64,000 nucleotides of DNA from Octopus vulgaris (Eukaryota): the NCBI GenBank assembly GCA_951406725.2, contig OX597831.1, forward strand, positions 65,658,001 to 65,722,000, given 5' to 3'. The translations under genes were made by a program, and so were the position numbers. How positions within the stretch are numbered: the stretch's first letter is position 1; every line of letters begins with the position of its first letter. The notes beneath the pieces were generated by a model that saw nothing but the letters and a program-made list of their open reading frames with translations, was not told the origin of the DNA and did no database searches. Of this stretch, positions 49,641-62,746 are shown one piece after another.

Positions 49641-50471
49641 GTTAATGGTATTAACGATGGACAATACTGGTGATGGTGAAGGTCAGTTGTAATATTTGGG
49701 AGTGTTAAAGCAAGTATTGTAACTTATCCTTCCATAATAACTTGCCAAAAGGCGTCAGTCTAAATGTTAATGGTTTCCATACATGAAAATATGTGAGACA
49801 TTCAGCTAGGGGATCTTGGGTCAGCTGCAGTTTTTTCCCCCGCAGATTAGGCCTGTCAAAATTGGGGTGCCTTCTTATATGCCCGAAAATATGGTATATT
49901 CGAACCAACGACGGATTAATCTGGTAGCAAGTGTAGCATATGCTACGGGCTCTACATTTCCAGTGAACCTACTTTAAATGATTTAATATTGTAATACCGG
50001 ACTGCTTTCAACTTTTCGACTGACTATTTATCTAAGGCAGGTCCAATACATTTTAACTTAAATGAATGGCAACGGTAAATAGACAGACTTACTTCATTTT
50101 AGTTGGATGCTAACAAATAGATTTGCTATCCCATTCCTCTATCTCAACACATGAAATTCAACACACAATAACTGAAAGTAATTACTATTTGCCTCATAAA
50201 CAGGACTGGTTGAATCAATTAGATTATCATTAATATTGTATAGACTCGGTAATGTTAACCAACCTCATTAAATCGGGATTTTTTTTACGGCTGACAACCA
50301 CAGCATATTTACGCAGTTTCTACTCAAACTTTCTGCTCTTAATCGAAACTGTAGCACGAGTTTCGATTAACAGTCACATTTTCAACGTTAGGCCACAAAA
50401 CTAATTTACGTTCGATTAAAGGTGTATACCAGGAGAACATATTTAACTTGTGCATCTTACAAGCTTAAGTA

Positions 50472-50856
50472 GTGGAGGCGCAATGGCCCAGTGGTTAGGG
50501 CAGCGGACTCGCGGTCATAGGATCGTGGTTTCGATTCCCAGACCGGGCGTTGTGAGTGTTTATTGAGCGAAAACACCTAAAAGCTCCACGAGGCTCCGGC
50601 AGGGGATGGTGGTGATCCCTGCTGTACTCTTTCACCACAACTTACTCTCACTCTTACTTCCTGTTTCTGTTGTACCTGTATTTCAAAGGGCCGGCCTTGT
50701 CACTCTCTGTGTCACGCTGAATATCCCCGAGAACTACGTTAAGGGTACACGTGTCTGTGGAGTGCTCAGCCACTTACACGTTAATTTCACGAGCAGGCTG
50801 TTCCGTTGATTCGGATCAACCGGAACCCTCGTCGTTGTAACCGACGGAGTGCTTCC
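50472..50856 (+). mobile_element. SINE family C
   Basis: 13-bp TSD acaagcttaagta at 50459-50471 and 50857-50869. Confidence 0.95.
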
Positions 50857-51739
50857 ACAAGCTTAAGTAACTATCCGGTCGTGCTGCTTACACGGATTCC
50901 CGTGATTCTCTATCGCCATACTCTTTTAATGTTTGAATTAAGTGCTTGAGTCATAATGGATCTTTCATTAACTGATTACACAACCATAGACCCCGCCCTT
51001 ATGGATGTGTTGCAGTTAATCTCTTGATAGAGCTTGGTGATCCTAACCATTGAATTTCTAGGATCAATCTGCTCAACATCACTGTAAGAAGCATCGTTGG
51101 CTCAGTTGAGCTCATCGGCTGTCTCTTCATATTCAACAGTCCCATGACTTTGCCATATCTTTGGCTGAACGACTGCTAGGCCTTGCCGAAGGGCAGCCAG
51201 TAACCATGCAGAGCACGGTCGACACTCCGTGAGGTATGTTCAAAATACCTACAAACCTTAAGTAGCAATGATATACGTATAAGTGAATTCGAGCAATGAT
51301 CGAAGCATTTAAGTATTGTGTTTTTCGTTTTGCTTTAAAATGTAATCACGATATTCAGAGAAATGATACACCTATTCAAATTCGCCATATAATTTACCGT
51401 CCAAATCGCCGTCTTCCTGAATTAATCTTAATGTCTCAAACACGTCAACTTGCAGGTAAACATAATTTTAGGCAAAACAATAAATAGTGGATCCATGTAT
51501 TCATTTCTTTATCTCTACTCGCATGTCACCTGATCTATGTACTTTGATCCTTGAAATATACTGTTGAATTCCTAATGATACTATTCAACTCTTTGCTGGA
51601 ATAGATCAAATAAATCAAATAACCGGCCTGTATAGCTCCCATCTACATACTTGAAATATTCAATTGGTTTTGTAAAAATTATTCAATAAAGTTCCTTGGA
51701 TTTTAATTTAGGGCCCCTTTCTAAACATGTGCAAAAGGT

Positions 51740-52167
51740 GGATCTTTTCGGTTTGAACGGCAGTTTTTTCTAGCGGTGTCATATGAAATTGTCACCCATA
51801 ATTATGACCCTAGGATCGATCTATTGCATTTCAATCTCTTTTAGGGTTAGGGTTAGTTAGGGTTAGGGGTGGGGGGAAGGGTATCTTTTTTTCTTCACAA
51901 ATGTAAATAAACCCAATCTGTTTCTTAAACGAGGGACATATTCATACGGCACAGAATGTCTTTATTTACTTCAATAGACATCAGTGATTGGTTGAAATTG
52001 CAGAAATTGAAGAAAAAAAACAAATATCTTAAAAACTATAGAATTTTCTCAATAAAGCCAAGAGAAAAAGATGTTTTATAAACACATTCTACCAGTATAC
52101 GAAGTTTTAAATTTTTTAGTTACCTAGAAATTATTTTTAAAAACTGCTGTTCAAACCGAAAAGATAC
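51740..52167 (+). mobile_element. MITE-1
   Basis: Perfect TSD caaaaggt. Confidence 0.94.
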
Positions 52168-52900
52168 CAAAAGGTTCCTCGACTGATTTAATGCAGCTTT
52201 CAGTTGAATACTTGGTGTCTGTAATGTCACCTATGACGACTATCACCTGAAAACGTCACCTCTCTAACAAGCAATTTTTTTAATATGCTTACTCTTACCT
52301 CAACTGAACTCCCTAATCCAGTGTTCATTTATGGCTCGTGGAACTCTACCCATACCATGTTTTCTTGATATACAGGCATTGTTCATTTAATGCCATCTTG
52401 TTTAACGTCATTATTTCCTTATAACGACGAAATGACGGGAAAAATAATGTAAACCCACTTTCATTCTACACTTTTCAAAACGAATGTTTGTTTCCTTTTA
52501 CTTCCTTGTGGAACTTATTGCATTTTCAATCCAGTAAAATTAAATAAATACGCAACTAGTAATTCAATTTTTATATTTACTTTACGATCGTCAACAAAGA
52601 TACAATTTTTATTCACCTTACTATCTTATAAGGTACGTCATATAAAATAAACGATGAGAATCAAAGAAGGAAATTGCATTAAATAGATATAAATCGATGC
52701 ACTTCTACATCAGAGACTATTTGATCTTTCTTAGATGTGCTGTGCGATTTGCTAGGAAAAGTTTGCTTTTCTGCGCTTTATTAAATAAAAATTGGGATAA
52801 AGAAATACATAAAAGCAAAGGAGCAAATGCACGAAGTACAAACAAAGCGGACGGACAACCAGCTACTTCGAAACTTGTCTGATTCAAGGCCAGTTGGTTA

Positions 52901-53478
52901 TTATTACCTCCGTCTTAGCGAAAGCGGAGGTATTGTTTTCAGTCGTGTTTATTTGTCCGTGGACAAGATATCTCAAGAACAGCTGGATGGATTCGGATAA
53001 AACTTTCGGATCTTTTCGGTTTGAACGGCAGTTTTTCTAGCGGTGTCATATGAAATTGTTACCCATAATTATGACCCTAGTATCGATCTATTGCATTTCA
53101 ATCTGTTTTAGGGTTAGGGTTAGGAGAAAGGGTATCTTTTTTTCTTCACAAATGTAAATAAACCCAATCTGTTTCTTAAACGAGGGACATATTCATACGG
53201 CACAGAATGCTTTCTCACCTCAATAGACGTCATTGATTGGTTGAAATTGCAGAAATTGAAGAAAAACAACAACAAATATCTTACAAACAATAGAATTTTC
53301 TCAATAAAGCCAAGAGAAAAAGATGTTTTATAAACACATTCTACCAGTATACGAAGTTTAAATTTTTTTAGTTATCTAGAAATTATATTAAAAACTGCCG
53401 TTCAAACCAAAAAGATCCAAACTTTCATAGACATTTGGCCTCGTGACTGGCACGAACTAATTAGGTTTTGGGATCTGT
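52901..53478 (+). mobile_element. Helentron/HINE-like non-autonomous fragment interrupted by MITE-1
   Basis: ttattacctccg…cggaggtattg terminal hairpin, then gatatctcaagaac…gatggattcggataaaactttc, typical of these elements. Confidence 0.55.
53008..53418 (+). mobile_element. MITE-1
   Basis: Perfect TSD aaactttc. Confidence 0.94.
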
Positions 53479-53519
53479 TTTTTTATTACCCATCCGGGCC
53501 AACATAGAGGAGACAACAC

Positions 53520-53710
53520 AACATGATCGGGGTCACATACAAACGGGTCTGTGAGCCTTAATGAAAAAGGCAACGTTTGTGAGCAGAGGAAGAAAATACG
53601 GCACAGTGGAGGTGAGGTTTGCCACCAAAGAAGAGGCGGCATCACAATCCACCACTATTCTACGTTCAGATAAAGTAGCGCTGTTGCCCACGTGTAGGGG
53701 CAGGCGCAGG
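53520..53710 (+). pseudogene. Fragment of a divergent Tx1-type ORF1
   Basis: KATFVSRGRKYGTVEVRFATKEEAASQSTTILRSDKVALLP aligns by eye to VVFLRRGKKFGTVEVRFTNKEIAHKNSVETLKTNDVELIP of the 37-kb LINE. Confidence 0.7.
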
Positions 53711-55430
53711 GTTTTAAGCTTTTACTCATAAGTTTGTTGATGTTTTCGTAACGTGGAATATGCTGAAAGAATGTAACCCTTGTTGATATCATTGAACCTA
53801 TGCTACTATTGGTTTCACTTTACGTCGTTTCAGTTAAAGCCACACCTCTCAAGAACCTATCAGCGACGTTCAGTGACGACTACCTAATTGCACATTCACC
53901 CATAATCTTCAAAACCATATTAATTGCATCAGTTCACATTTTGTTCCATGTTGTTCTGATATGAAAATCTACATAGTTTACAGCTTTTTCTGCGAGACGG
54001 ACAGTAAAAACTTCACGGACAAGAAGCAATTGCACCTACTTAAAAAAAAAGAATAGTTTTTATAGCAAATTACATTATTTCTCTTTATGCAGCTAACTGC
54101 TTAGAAAAATAAATCCTTCCTTTATCTTGAGTCAATATGGCTAATGAATTGAAAGAAATAGTTAAATCTCCCTCAAATCACACCCTACCATCTTAAAAGA
54201 AAGTAAGACACATTACAAGATGTCTTGCAGATATTGTGAATGAAATCAAAACAGTGTTAACAGAACGAATTTGATCCTAGTCCTGCTCGATGGGGCGCTG
54301 TTCACACAATTTATTCGAATAAAAAGAAACTAAACTGGGTGATTAAATTACGACAATATACCTGTATAATATGAATGATGGACTACGGGGAAATCTTTTT
54401 AAGGTACATCGAAATAAACAAAGAAATAGAACGTTGTAACTGCGAAAAAGTAGCCAAGACTTGAGGAAAAGAGAACCGAAAACTTCAATCTTCTGATTCT
54501 TCACTGCTCTAAAACATGTTGATACAAAAATGGTGATTTAGTAGTAAAACACTTTATCAAGATAAACGAGTGGATTTCTCTATTCCTTAATTAAAACTTA
54601 ATTAATTTCTCTATTCCTTAATAAATAGCATATTTTCGTGAATGAAATTTTAAATATTTTGTTTTTAAGTGGAAACGTCGATTACTTAAAGTTAAGTTGT
54701 AAGGCCACTGAAATACCTTGTTACTCTAATATAGATTTGTTTTCGAGTACATTGGGAACGAATGTGTAGCAGGACCTAGTAACCAGGCTGGTGCCACGAA
54801 CGGACCACACATCTCAAACGTCCTTGAGATTTGCACCCTTTTGTCAAGTTATAAGCAGTTTGGCGCCAAGTGTCTGAGCAGACGTTGAGAGCAACCTAGG
54901 TGCACATATCTCACCTCTCGCCACAAAGAAGCTAGACCAGAGCAGAACTTTAGCAAGATTCGGCGGACTAACATCTTCTTGTCTCTCACTCCAAGAATAT
55001 TAATAGCACAGTTAAAGACATGCTATTTCACTTTTGCCCAAAGCAAACCAGAAATGTTAGCAGATTCGGATAAACTCGCATTACGATTTTCATTCAAAAT
55101 CATTTCGTTATTGTCTCTAGAGTGAATTAATGACTGCAGAATTTAGGCACTATGAAAGTTAGAATCCTTATATCCTAAGGCTCTCCGTGTATATGTGAAA
55201 ATTTATGCATATATGTACAGCCTTTCCCGAAATAAATATATTATAAAACGTCCGCGAGTTCCGTTCCTGTTTACAACACACGCATCCCAGTTTAATCTAC
55301 AATAAACTTACACTAAAATCACAGCGACAATAGTGAACAAACCACCAACTCACATATCGCGACAGATGTATTTAATACAATTTACCCTAAAACTAAAATG
55401 GAAAACCATCAACTATATAGAGCTTTCGCA

Positions 55431-55663
55431 AGACGGCGAGCTGGCAGACACGTTAGCGTGTCGGGCGAAATGCTTAGTGGTATTTCGTCTGTCGTTACGT
55501 TCTGAGTTCAAATTCCGCCGAGGTCGACTTTGCCTTTCATCCTTTTCGGGGTCGATAAAAAAAGTACTAGTTTCGCATTGGGGTCGATGTAATCGACTTA
55601 ATCCGTTTGTCTGTTTTTGTTTGTCCCCTCTATGTTTAGCCCTTTGTGGGCTATAAAGAAATA
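55431..55663 (+). mobile_element. SINE family A, full length, Tx1-type tail
   Basis: 17-bp TSD tatatagagctttcgca at 55414-55430 and 55664-55680. Confidence 0.94.
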
Positions 55664-56370
55664 TATATAGAGCTTTCGCATTGTTTGATGTCGGTAAAAT
55701 GTATAAATTGTTATTGAAATTACCGAGTTAAACTCATCAAATAATTTGCGTATTAACCTTTCTTTATTACAAAGATTTCCCCATCCTTATAAGTGAACTA
55801 TTTTGACACAGATAAATCACAGTTAATCTTTAATACTATATGAAATTATAGATTTTATATTGGAAGCTATCAAAATGTCATTTCTAAGTTCTTCAGCTTG
55901 AACTCTAGAGGTCTGGTTACGAGAGATATTGAATAATATTTTTCAGGAACTGTTTCTGAGAGGATTTATGAATAAGCTTATCCATTTTTCTGATCTACGT
56001 TTTTGATGTCATAAGAATTTTATAAGCATTCGAGAGAAAATGAAATAATTCTTTTTTTGGAACATTAACTCCCGAGGCACACAACACAAAGTTATAAATA
56101 ATAACACACAAATACTGGGTGATGAAAAATATTTTTGGATAGAAAATGCCGGGGCTGTTATTTCTAACTTTGTGTGTTGCGCCTTCCGAGATAATGTTCC
56201 AGACAAGATTTCTTTTTTATATTTGTTTCCAATATTTATCTCTATGAAAGAATTAATTCGTTAATTAACAATATTTACCGACAAAGATAACATGGAACAT
56301 ATGAAGAATATTAGAGAATATTAATAAGAAAAAATTCAAGTAGGTAATAATGTGTGCGTGTGTGTGGAAG

Positions 56371-57210
56371 TCTATTATATAGAAGTGAATGTCTGTATGT
56401 TCGTGTGACACGGAAACTACTGGACCGATTCTAATGAAATATGGAACACAAAATTCAAGCCTAGGGAGAAGGGTAATGCCGTATGTTTCATATAATTTTA
56501 AGGGCATAAAGGGGGCAGAACCACCCTCCCCCGTGAACATTCATATGCTTCGGATTTTGATGAAATTCGAACCATCAGTATTAGAAATAAATAAAAGAAT
56601 ATACGTAAAATGTCCATTTCTTTATATGATTCTAAGACACACCCCGGGGGGGGGGGCTTAAGCCCCAAATTTTAGTCATTTTTCATGGACCAATATTACT
56701 GAACGGATCCTTATATTTGAAACTTAGATTCAATGCATAAGCGCGGGTATAATGTAGTATGTTTGGTTTGAATGTGAGATGGGTTAAAGGGGGAAGAACC
56801 CCCCAGGAAAATTAATAAATTTTTGATGATGATGAAATTTCAACAATAGGTAATTCACACAAGTCAAGAAGTATTCCCAAAGTTTCGGTTCTCGTGAGGA
56901 TTCTAAGACCCCCTCATGGGGGCCTTAACTCCCAAATTTTAGTCATTTTTTATGATCCAAAACTAGGTCAAAAGTACTGAATGGATCTTTATGAAATTTG
57001 GAAATTATATTCTATGCATAAGGGCAGATGTAATACAATATATGTTTGAAAGTGTGGGGCCATAAATGAAGCCATAACCCCCATGAAAATTCATATATTT
57101 TTGCTGTTGATGAAATTTTAACGATAGATATTTGACATAAATGAATATTCCTTCTTAGGAGGTTAGTAAGACCCTTTAATGGGAGTTTAATCACCACAAT
57201 TTAGTTATTT
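56371..57210 (+). mobile_element. Helitron/Helentron-like element with diverged internal tandem units of about 270 bp
   Basis: Starts tctattatatagaagtgaatgtctgtatg; recurrent …ctaagac(a/c)c…ccaaattttagtcatttt… units near 56630-56680, 56900-56950 and 57165-57210. Confidence 0.5.
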
Positions 57211-58036
57211 TTCCTAAGGCAATACGAATACAATTGTAGTCTTGGAAGTTGTAGATTCACACGAGAATACAAGATGAGCGTTATTTGTAATTCAATGGTA
57301 CAACAGTGTAAGAGTTTGCATTGACATTTACTTAGATTGTGATTTCTGCAATGTGGTGCATAAATTGTCAAGTAAAGGAGAGGCATCTTTGCCTCCACTG
57401 GTTCAGTTGCAAAGTGTTATTTTGAGTAAAGTTATTTGGTTACAGACCTACTTTGAGTGTTTTTAATATCACTGGGTCAGAGATAGTCCCCAGATGGTAA
57501 CTTTGATTTCAAGCCCTTTCCAAATAAGTGATTGGTCATTCAAAGAGATTTATAGATTGCAAATTTATTCTGTTCAGTTACCTATCGGCATAGTGATCAT
57601 TGGCAAACTCCAGAGGCGACACTTTCATTTCCCCTCAGCCCTCGTGTCACACAATTGTTAATGTTTATTTGAGTTGGGACACGCCCTTCCAATTGCTATA
57701 GATACGTAATGCATCTTACGGCTGTGCCGATCACCTGTAATGGCGAAGAATGCTACATTGGGGAGTGGTAACGACTAGGGTAGGGTAGCCGATTGCTTAT
57801 TGTGACCATTCGTCTTTTGGTTTCCTCTACCTTTGCTCTCTTTTTTCAAACCCAATGAATATTCATATATTTCCGATTTCAAAGAAATGTCAACAATAAA
57901 TATCAGACACAAGTTAAAAGAGATTCCGAACAATTCAAAATCTCTGGTTGACTTTAAGACCCCCTAATAAGGCCTTAACTCCCACATTTTAGAGCTCTAT
58001 GTGCTCCATTTTTCAGGAATAAACTCATTTGAATGG

Positions 58037-58091
<55 letters not shown>

Positions 58092-58145
58092 CAATAATAA
58101 ATCTCTGAGCGAAGTATAAGCAGTGGCAGCACAACACCATGAAGC

Positions 58146-58331
58146 ATATTTGCCACCTTAAGGGTTGATGTTACTGTAGCATGTTGCCCTAGGAAGACAT
58201 CTCCTCCAGCTGGCTATTGACACACTTTCTGTGCCCTGTCAGTATTTGCAAATACTGGAGATGTCTTCCTAGGGCAACATGCTACAGTAACATCAACCCT
58301 TAAGGGTTAGCCACATTTAGGTGGCAAATAT
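58146..58331. repeat. Nested inverted repeat
   Basis: 49-bp perfect arms at 58156-58204 and 58257-58305; outer atatttgccacct / aggtggcaaatat; 18-bp palindrome at 58240-58257. Confidence 0.92.
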
Positions 58332-58384
58332 AACTTCACGATACACACACACACACACATGTATATATACACATACATATATAT

Positions 58385-58560
58385 AGGCGCAGGCGTGGCT
58401 GTGTGGTAAACAGCTTGCTTCCCAACCAGGGGTTCAGTCCCGCTGCGTTGCACCTTAGACAGGTATCTCCTACTATAACTTCGGACCGACAAAAGCCTTG
58501 TAAGTGGATTTGGTTGGCGAAACTGAAAGAAGCTCGTCGTATATACACACACATATACAT
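58385..58560 (+). mobile_element. SINE family B, 5' half
   Basis: Head matches the family. Confidence 0.85.
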
Positions 58561-58789
58561 GCATATATGGGCACAGGACGTTAAAAAAAACGTGAACAAA
58601 ATGAAAAACGAGAATATAAAAAACAAAAGCATGGAAATATATATATAAGGAAAATAAGACAAGGTAGAAAATGCTAAAATAATTTTATCATGAATAATAT
58701 TTTAGTACCGGCTTCAGTCTTTTTTCAAATTAGAGTAAAGCATAAAAAACAAACTGTGGAAAAATTAAATGAAATGGTTTTTTTTTCCA

Positions 58790-59330
58790 AATATTTCCAA
58801 ACATCTCCACACATAACCCCCTTAAGAATGAAGCCTTCGACACCATCCTCCAGAACATAACATTCCCCTACTAAAAAGGGACCACAGAATGAATTTAATC
58901 CTCCAAACGCACACCATCATAAAGAGCAAAAGACAACCCAAATCTATGAAAAGTCTCCTAACACAAGCCCAAGTACACTCGACAACAACACTGAAGCCGT
59001 CAGTAAAAAAATGCGTAAAATCCTAACTGGTATATGCGTCAACCTAATTAAGGGATCGGAGTTCTCTTTCAAACAGGGTCAACATTTTACAGTGAAAAAC
59101 AACTTCACATGTGCCCCGGAAAACCTAATATATGTATCAACTTGCTCAAAGTATCGAGAGCAATACATAGGCCAAACCAAAAGCAGTCTACACCAAAGAA
59201 TGGCTCTACATAGATCCCAGATGAAAATTCGGGAATACAGAAAAATAGCTTTCAGCGAACATATCGACATTTGCTACACTAACAACCCAGTTCCAGAATT
59301 TTTCCCCTCTATAAATTCAAGAATGATGCA
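58790..59330 (+). pseudogene. Penelope-like element 3' region with GIY-YIG endonuclease
   Basis: ORF 59011: FTCAPENLIYVSTCSKYREQYIGQTKSSLHQRMALHRSQM. Confidence 0.82.
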
Positions 59331-59589
59331 ACCTGTAGTCAGCGCATTAGCAGTCATATTTTATCAGAAATGACACTACTACATGGGCCTTAGAATAATA
59401 CCCACGCAAATACTAAAAACGATATATTCAGAACAGTTACTATCGATGAATTTATTCAGAACGATTCCAATTACTGCTATTACAACGGGTCACTTTTAGT
59501 TCACTTGGTCAATTTTAAGAGGATTCCAACATCTTACTACTGTCATACCACTCCCGTATTTTCTTATTCTTTCTCTTTTCTTATTTTAT

Positions 59590-60005
59590 TGTGTGTGCGT
59601 GTCTTTGTGTCTGTGTTTATGTCTCCGTATATTAGCGGTTCGCCAAAAGAGACCGATAGAGTTAGTACTAGGCTTACAAAGAATAAGTCCTGGAGACGAT
59701 TTTTTCGACTAAAACCCCTTTAAGGTGGTGCTCCAGCATGGCCGCAGTCAAATGACTGAAACGTGTAAAAGAATGAAGTAAAAGAATATATCTTTTATCT
59801 TTTACATGTTTCAGTCATTAGACTGCGGCTATGCTTCAACACACCTCGAAGAATTTTAGTTCAACGAATCGACTCCAGTATTCATTTTCATTTGAAAGCC
59901 TAGTACCCTTTCTATCGGTCTTTTGCCGAACTGCTAAGTTACGGGGATGTAACCACACCAACACCGGTTATTGAGCAGTGGGGGGACAAACGGACACATG
60001 CAAAC
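59590..60005. mobile_element. Two SINE-B 3' halves, tail to tail (+ 59590-59790, - 59800-60005)
   Basis: gccgcagtcaaatgactgaaac and its reverse complement face each other. Confidence 0.8.
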
Positions 60006-60278
60006 ATATACACTTTCCACCTCATTTGTCACCTCCCTCGACCGAATCGAACCCAACCACTCACCTGTTTATTATTCTCTTATACATATATCACTCTTAT
60101 ACATACATCACTCAAATATAGACACACACACACACACACACACACTGTGACCATCATTGCGCTCTATTATCTCCCTAAAACACTTTTTCTATCTCTTTTC
60201 ACTTTCGGTCCCTTGTAACTGCACACGTGCTGTTGGTGTTCTTTTTACTTCTTCAGACGTTTCCGCTTTCCTTTCCGT

Positions 60279-60305
60279 CCGACGAGGAGCTATGCTCGAA
60301 ACGTC
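60279..60305 (+). ncRNA. Minimal hammerhead-like motif with core variant
   Basis: CCGACGA-g-gagc tat gctc-GAAAcgTC; U4>C change in the core. Confidence 0.45.
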
Positions 60306-60409
60306 AAAAACTCTCTCTTCTCACCGAGCGTCAAACTAATACATTCCATGTGCACATCCTCTTGTTGATTGTATTGTTATTTTTAATGTTCGCTTATTTA
60401 ATTTGACTA

Positions 60410-60572
60410 GGCGGCCTTCTTTCAGTGTCCGTCTACCAAATCTACTCACAAGGCTTTGGTTGACCCAAGGCTATAGTAGAAGACACTTGCCAGAGGTTCT
60501 ACGTAGAGGGACTGAACCCGGAACCATGTGGTTGGGAAGCAAGCTTCTTACTACGCAGCTACGCCTGCTCCT
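60410..60572 (-). mobile_element. SINE family B, 5' half
   Basis: Reverse complement of the family head. Confidence 0.85.
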
Positions 60573-61175
60573 ATCTTTAGAAATAGAACTTGTGTCTTCA
60601 GAATTCAAATCCTTACTAATACACTTGGGACAAATTCAGTAGACTATAGTCTGGCTATAGAAGTGGTTTTGGTCATTAAAAAACTTGTTAGTATTCTTCC
60701 GCAGAGACTTTGATTATAAATGATGGGAAAATAGAGTATGAGTTAGTTCAGTGTTAATTGGTTTTTTTTAACCAAGATGAGAATCTGTTTCTTTTAATGG
60801 CAAATTCACCACTAGAGGCAAACTACGTATCTCATAATGTTTTCTGAACAATCTGACATGAAAAGTTACTTTGTTTTTTCCCATATGATTAAACATAGAT
60901 TAAATTGAATTATTAGTCAGGAATATAACTCAGGTGAATCCATACAACAAAAACAATGAAACAGTGTGTGTGTGTGTGTGTGTGAGTGTTTGTAGCTTAA
61001 TTTCTTTTTATTATTTAGTTTCATTTTCTTGAATAAATGCCGACAGACTAAGTTTCTAAAAAACTAGAATAAACTAGATTATTTATGATTTTTTTTTTTT
61101 TTAGGAAACGACTTACAGAGATTCTATTGAATTGTCCAAATAACGGCAAATAAACAAATAGATTATGTACAGAAT

Positions 61176-61568
61176 GCGCTGGAGTGGCTGTGTGGCAAGT
61201 AGCTTCCTTGCCAGCCACATGGTACCAGGTTCAGTCCTACTGCATGGTACCTTGGGCAAGTGTCTTCTACTATAGCCTTGAGCCAACCAAAGCCTTGTGA
61301 GTGGATTTGTAAACTGAAAGAAGCCTGCCGTATATATATATATATATATAATGTGTGCGTGTGTATATGTTTGTGTGTCTGTGTCCCCCAACATCACTTG
61401 ACAATCGATGCTGGTGTGTTTACGTTTCTTTAATCTAGCGGTTCGGCAAAAGAGACCGATAGAATAAGTACTAGGCTTACAAAGAATAAGTTCTGCGGTT
61501 GATCTGCTCGATTAAAGGTGGTGCTCCAGCATAGCCGCAGTCAAATGACTGAAACAAGTAAAAGAATA
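61176..61568 (+). mobile_element. SINE family B, full length
   Basis: Matches the 32471 copy. Confidence 0.9.
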
Positions 61569-62475
61569 TGCAGGTTCTGTATGTGATGATAACGAAGAAA
61601 AACTGAGAAAGCATAAAACCTTGAAACCAGAAATTACAATAGACATAGCATATGTCTGAGATTTTAATGCGTAAATTATTTTGTTGCTGATGTCGAGAAT
61701 GTTTTGGGCAAAACAATGTACCTAGATGTTTGAAACATACAATTTCGTTATTTAAAATGTATAATTGAATCACGTGGGCTAGGGTTGATTAGATATTTTG
61801 GACAGAGAGAATATTTTATGTTTTGTATAACCAACATTAACATTCATGAACAGCAAGAAAGCAAATGATTTACATTTGGAAACCTCAAAGGTTGCCATGG
61901 AGTTAAACTAATACCAGTTATTGGGGAAATGGTTTTAGAATTAACTTTAAATCTTTCAACAAATTCTTGACTGAAGAGTCAGATACATTAAACAAGATTG
62001 GAGATTCAAAATATTTGTATTTTAAAGCTAAGGGAAGTAACTCTGAGTGAGTCGTTGCGATAGAATTGAAGTTTCACCGCTAACTGACTCAATGGAGAGG
62101 AGTTCCAACTAAATGAAATCTCCAAGCAGTTTCAAGGCACAAGTGTCCGATATCCAAGTGGCTAAAAAATTGTCAGCAGCAGGGCATCCAGGGGTCATGA
62201 CCAGGATGCGGCCTGCCTCTCTCCTTAAGGGATAAGGAGTTCAGGGCCGAAACACTCGCTTGAGGAGAGGTTTCTCCTTTGAAGGTCTACTACTACTCAT
62301 CTCTCTTGTGAGTTTCTTAGATATATCGAAGTTTAAGCTGCAGATCGATAGATTTCATATTTTATATCGATGATATCAACAGAATTCTTTGTCAATAGAA
62401 TCCGAATTTTATACAGTGTCGAAAAATATACTCTCTCCTTTCATATACTTTGACTACAATTCATGTCTTGATTTA

Positions 62476-62746
62476 TCTCTATATATATAAACGGCAGAAT
62501 GTCTGCGCGTGTGTCCTTTATACAAAGCCACAATTTTTCAGTTAGAGGGCTTCCACTTTTTATAGTCATTCAAAACCGTCCAAAGGTGGTCGTACACATC
62601 TTTACATTTCCCCAGTCACCCCGCAAAGCCATTAAAAATCAATAGAAGTGACTTTTTTTTTGTGAATTTTCTATCCGAAACCCAATCAAAATGTCCGAAA
62701 CTTGATACGCCAATTGAATGCCAGCGTTGCCGGGTCATAGTGCTAG
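62476..62746 (+). mobile_element. Non-autonomous Helitron-like element
   Basis: Canonical A|TC…CTAG|T ends without TSD; same family as 30417-30752. Confidence 0.8.

Larger units (their letters stand above)
44822..49894 (+). mobile_element. Decayed pogo/Tigger DNA transposon inflated by nested insertions
   Basis: Degenerate TIRs ta|tggtagtttccggcatacaag vs rc ta|ccatattttcgggcatataag, flanked by TA. Confidence 0.65.

Noticed and set aside
50472-50550. tRNA gene candidates at SINE heads
   Set aside because: They continue into SINE bodies with TSDs, so they are tRNA-derived heads rather than tRNA genes.
62180-62370. GC-richer patch with faint similarity to Tx1 ORF2 on the minus strand
   Set aside because: Only a few residues (LSLKER) match; insufficient.
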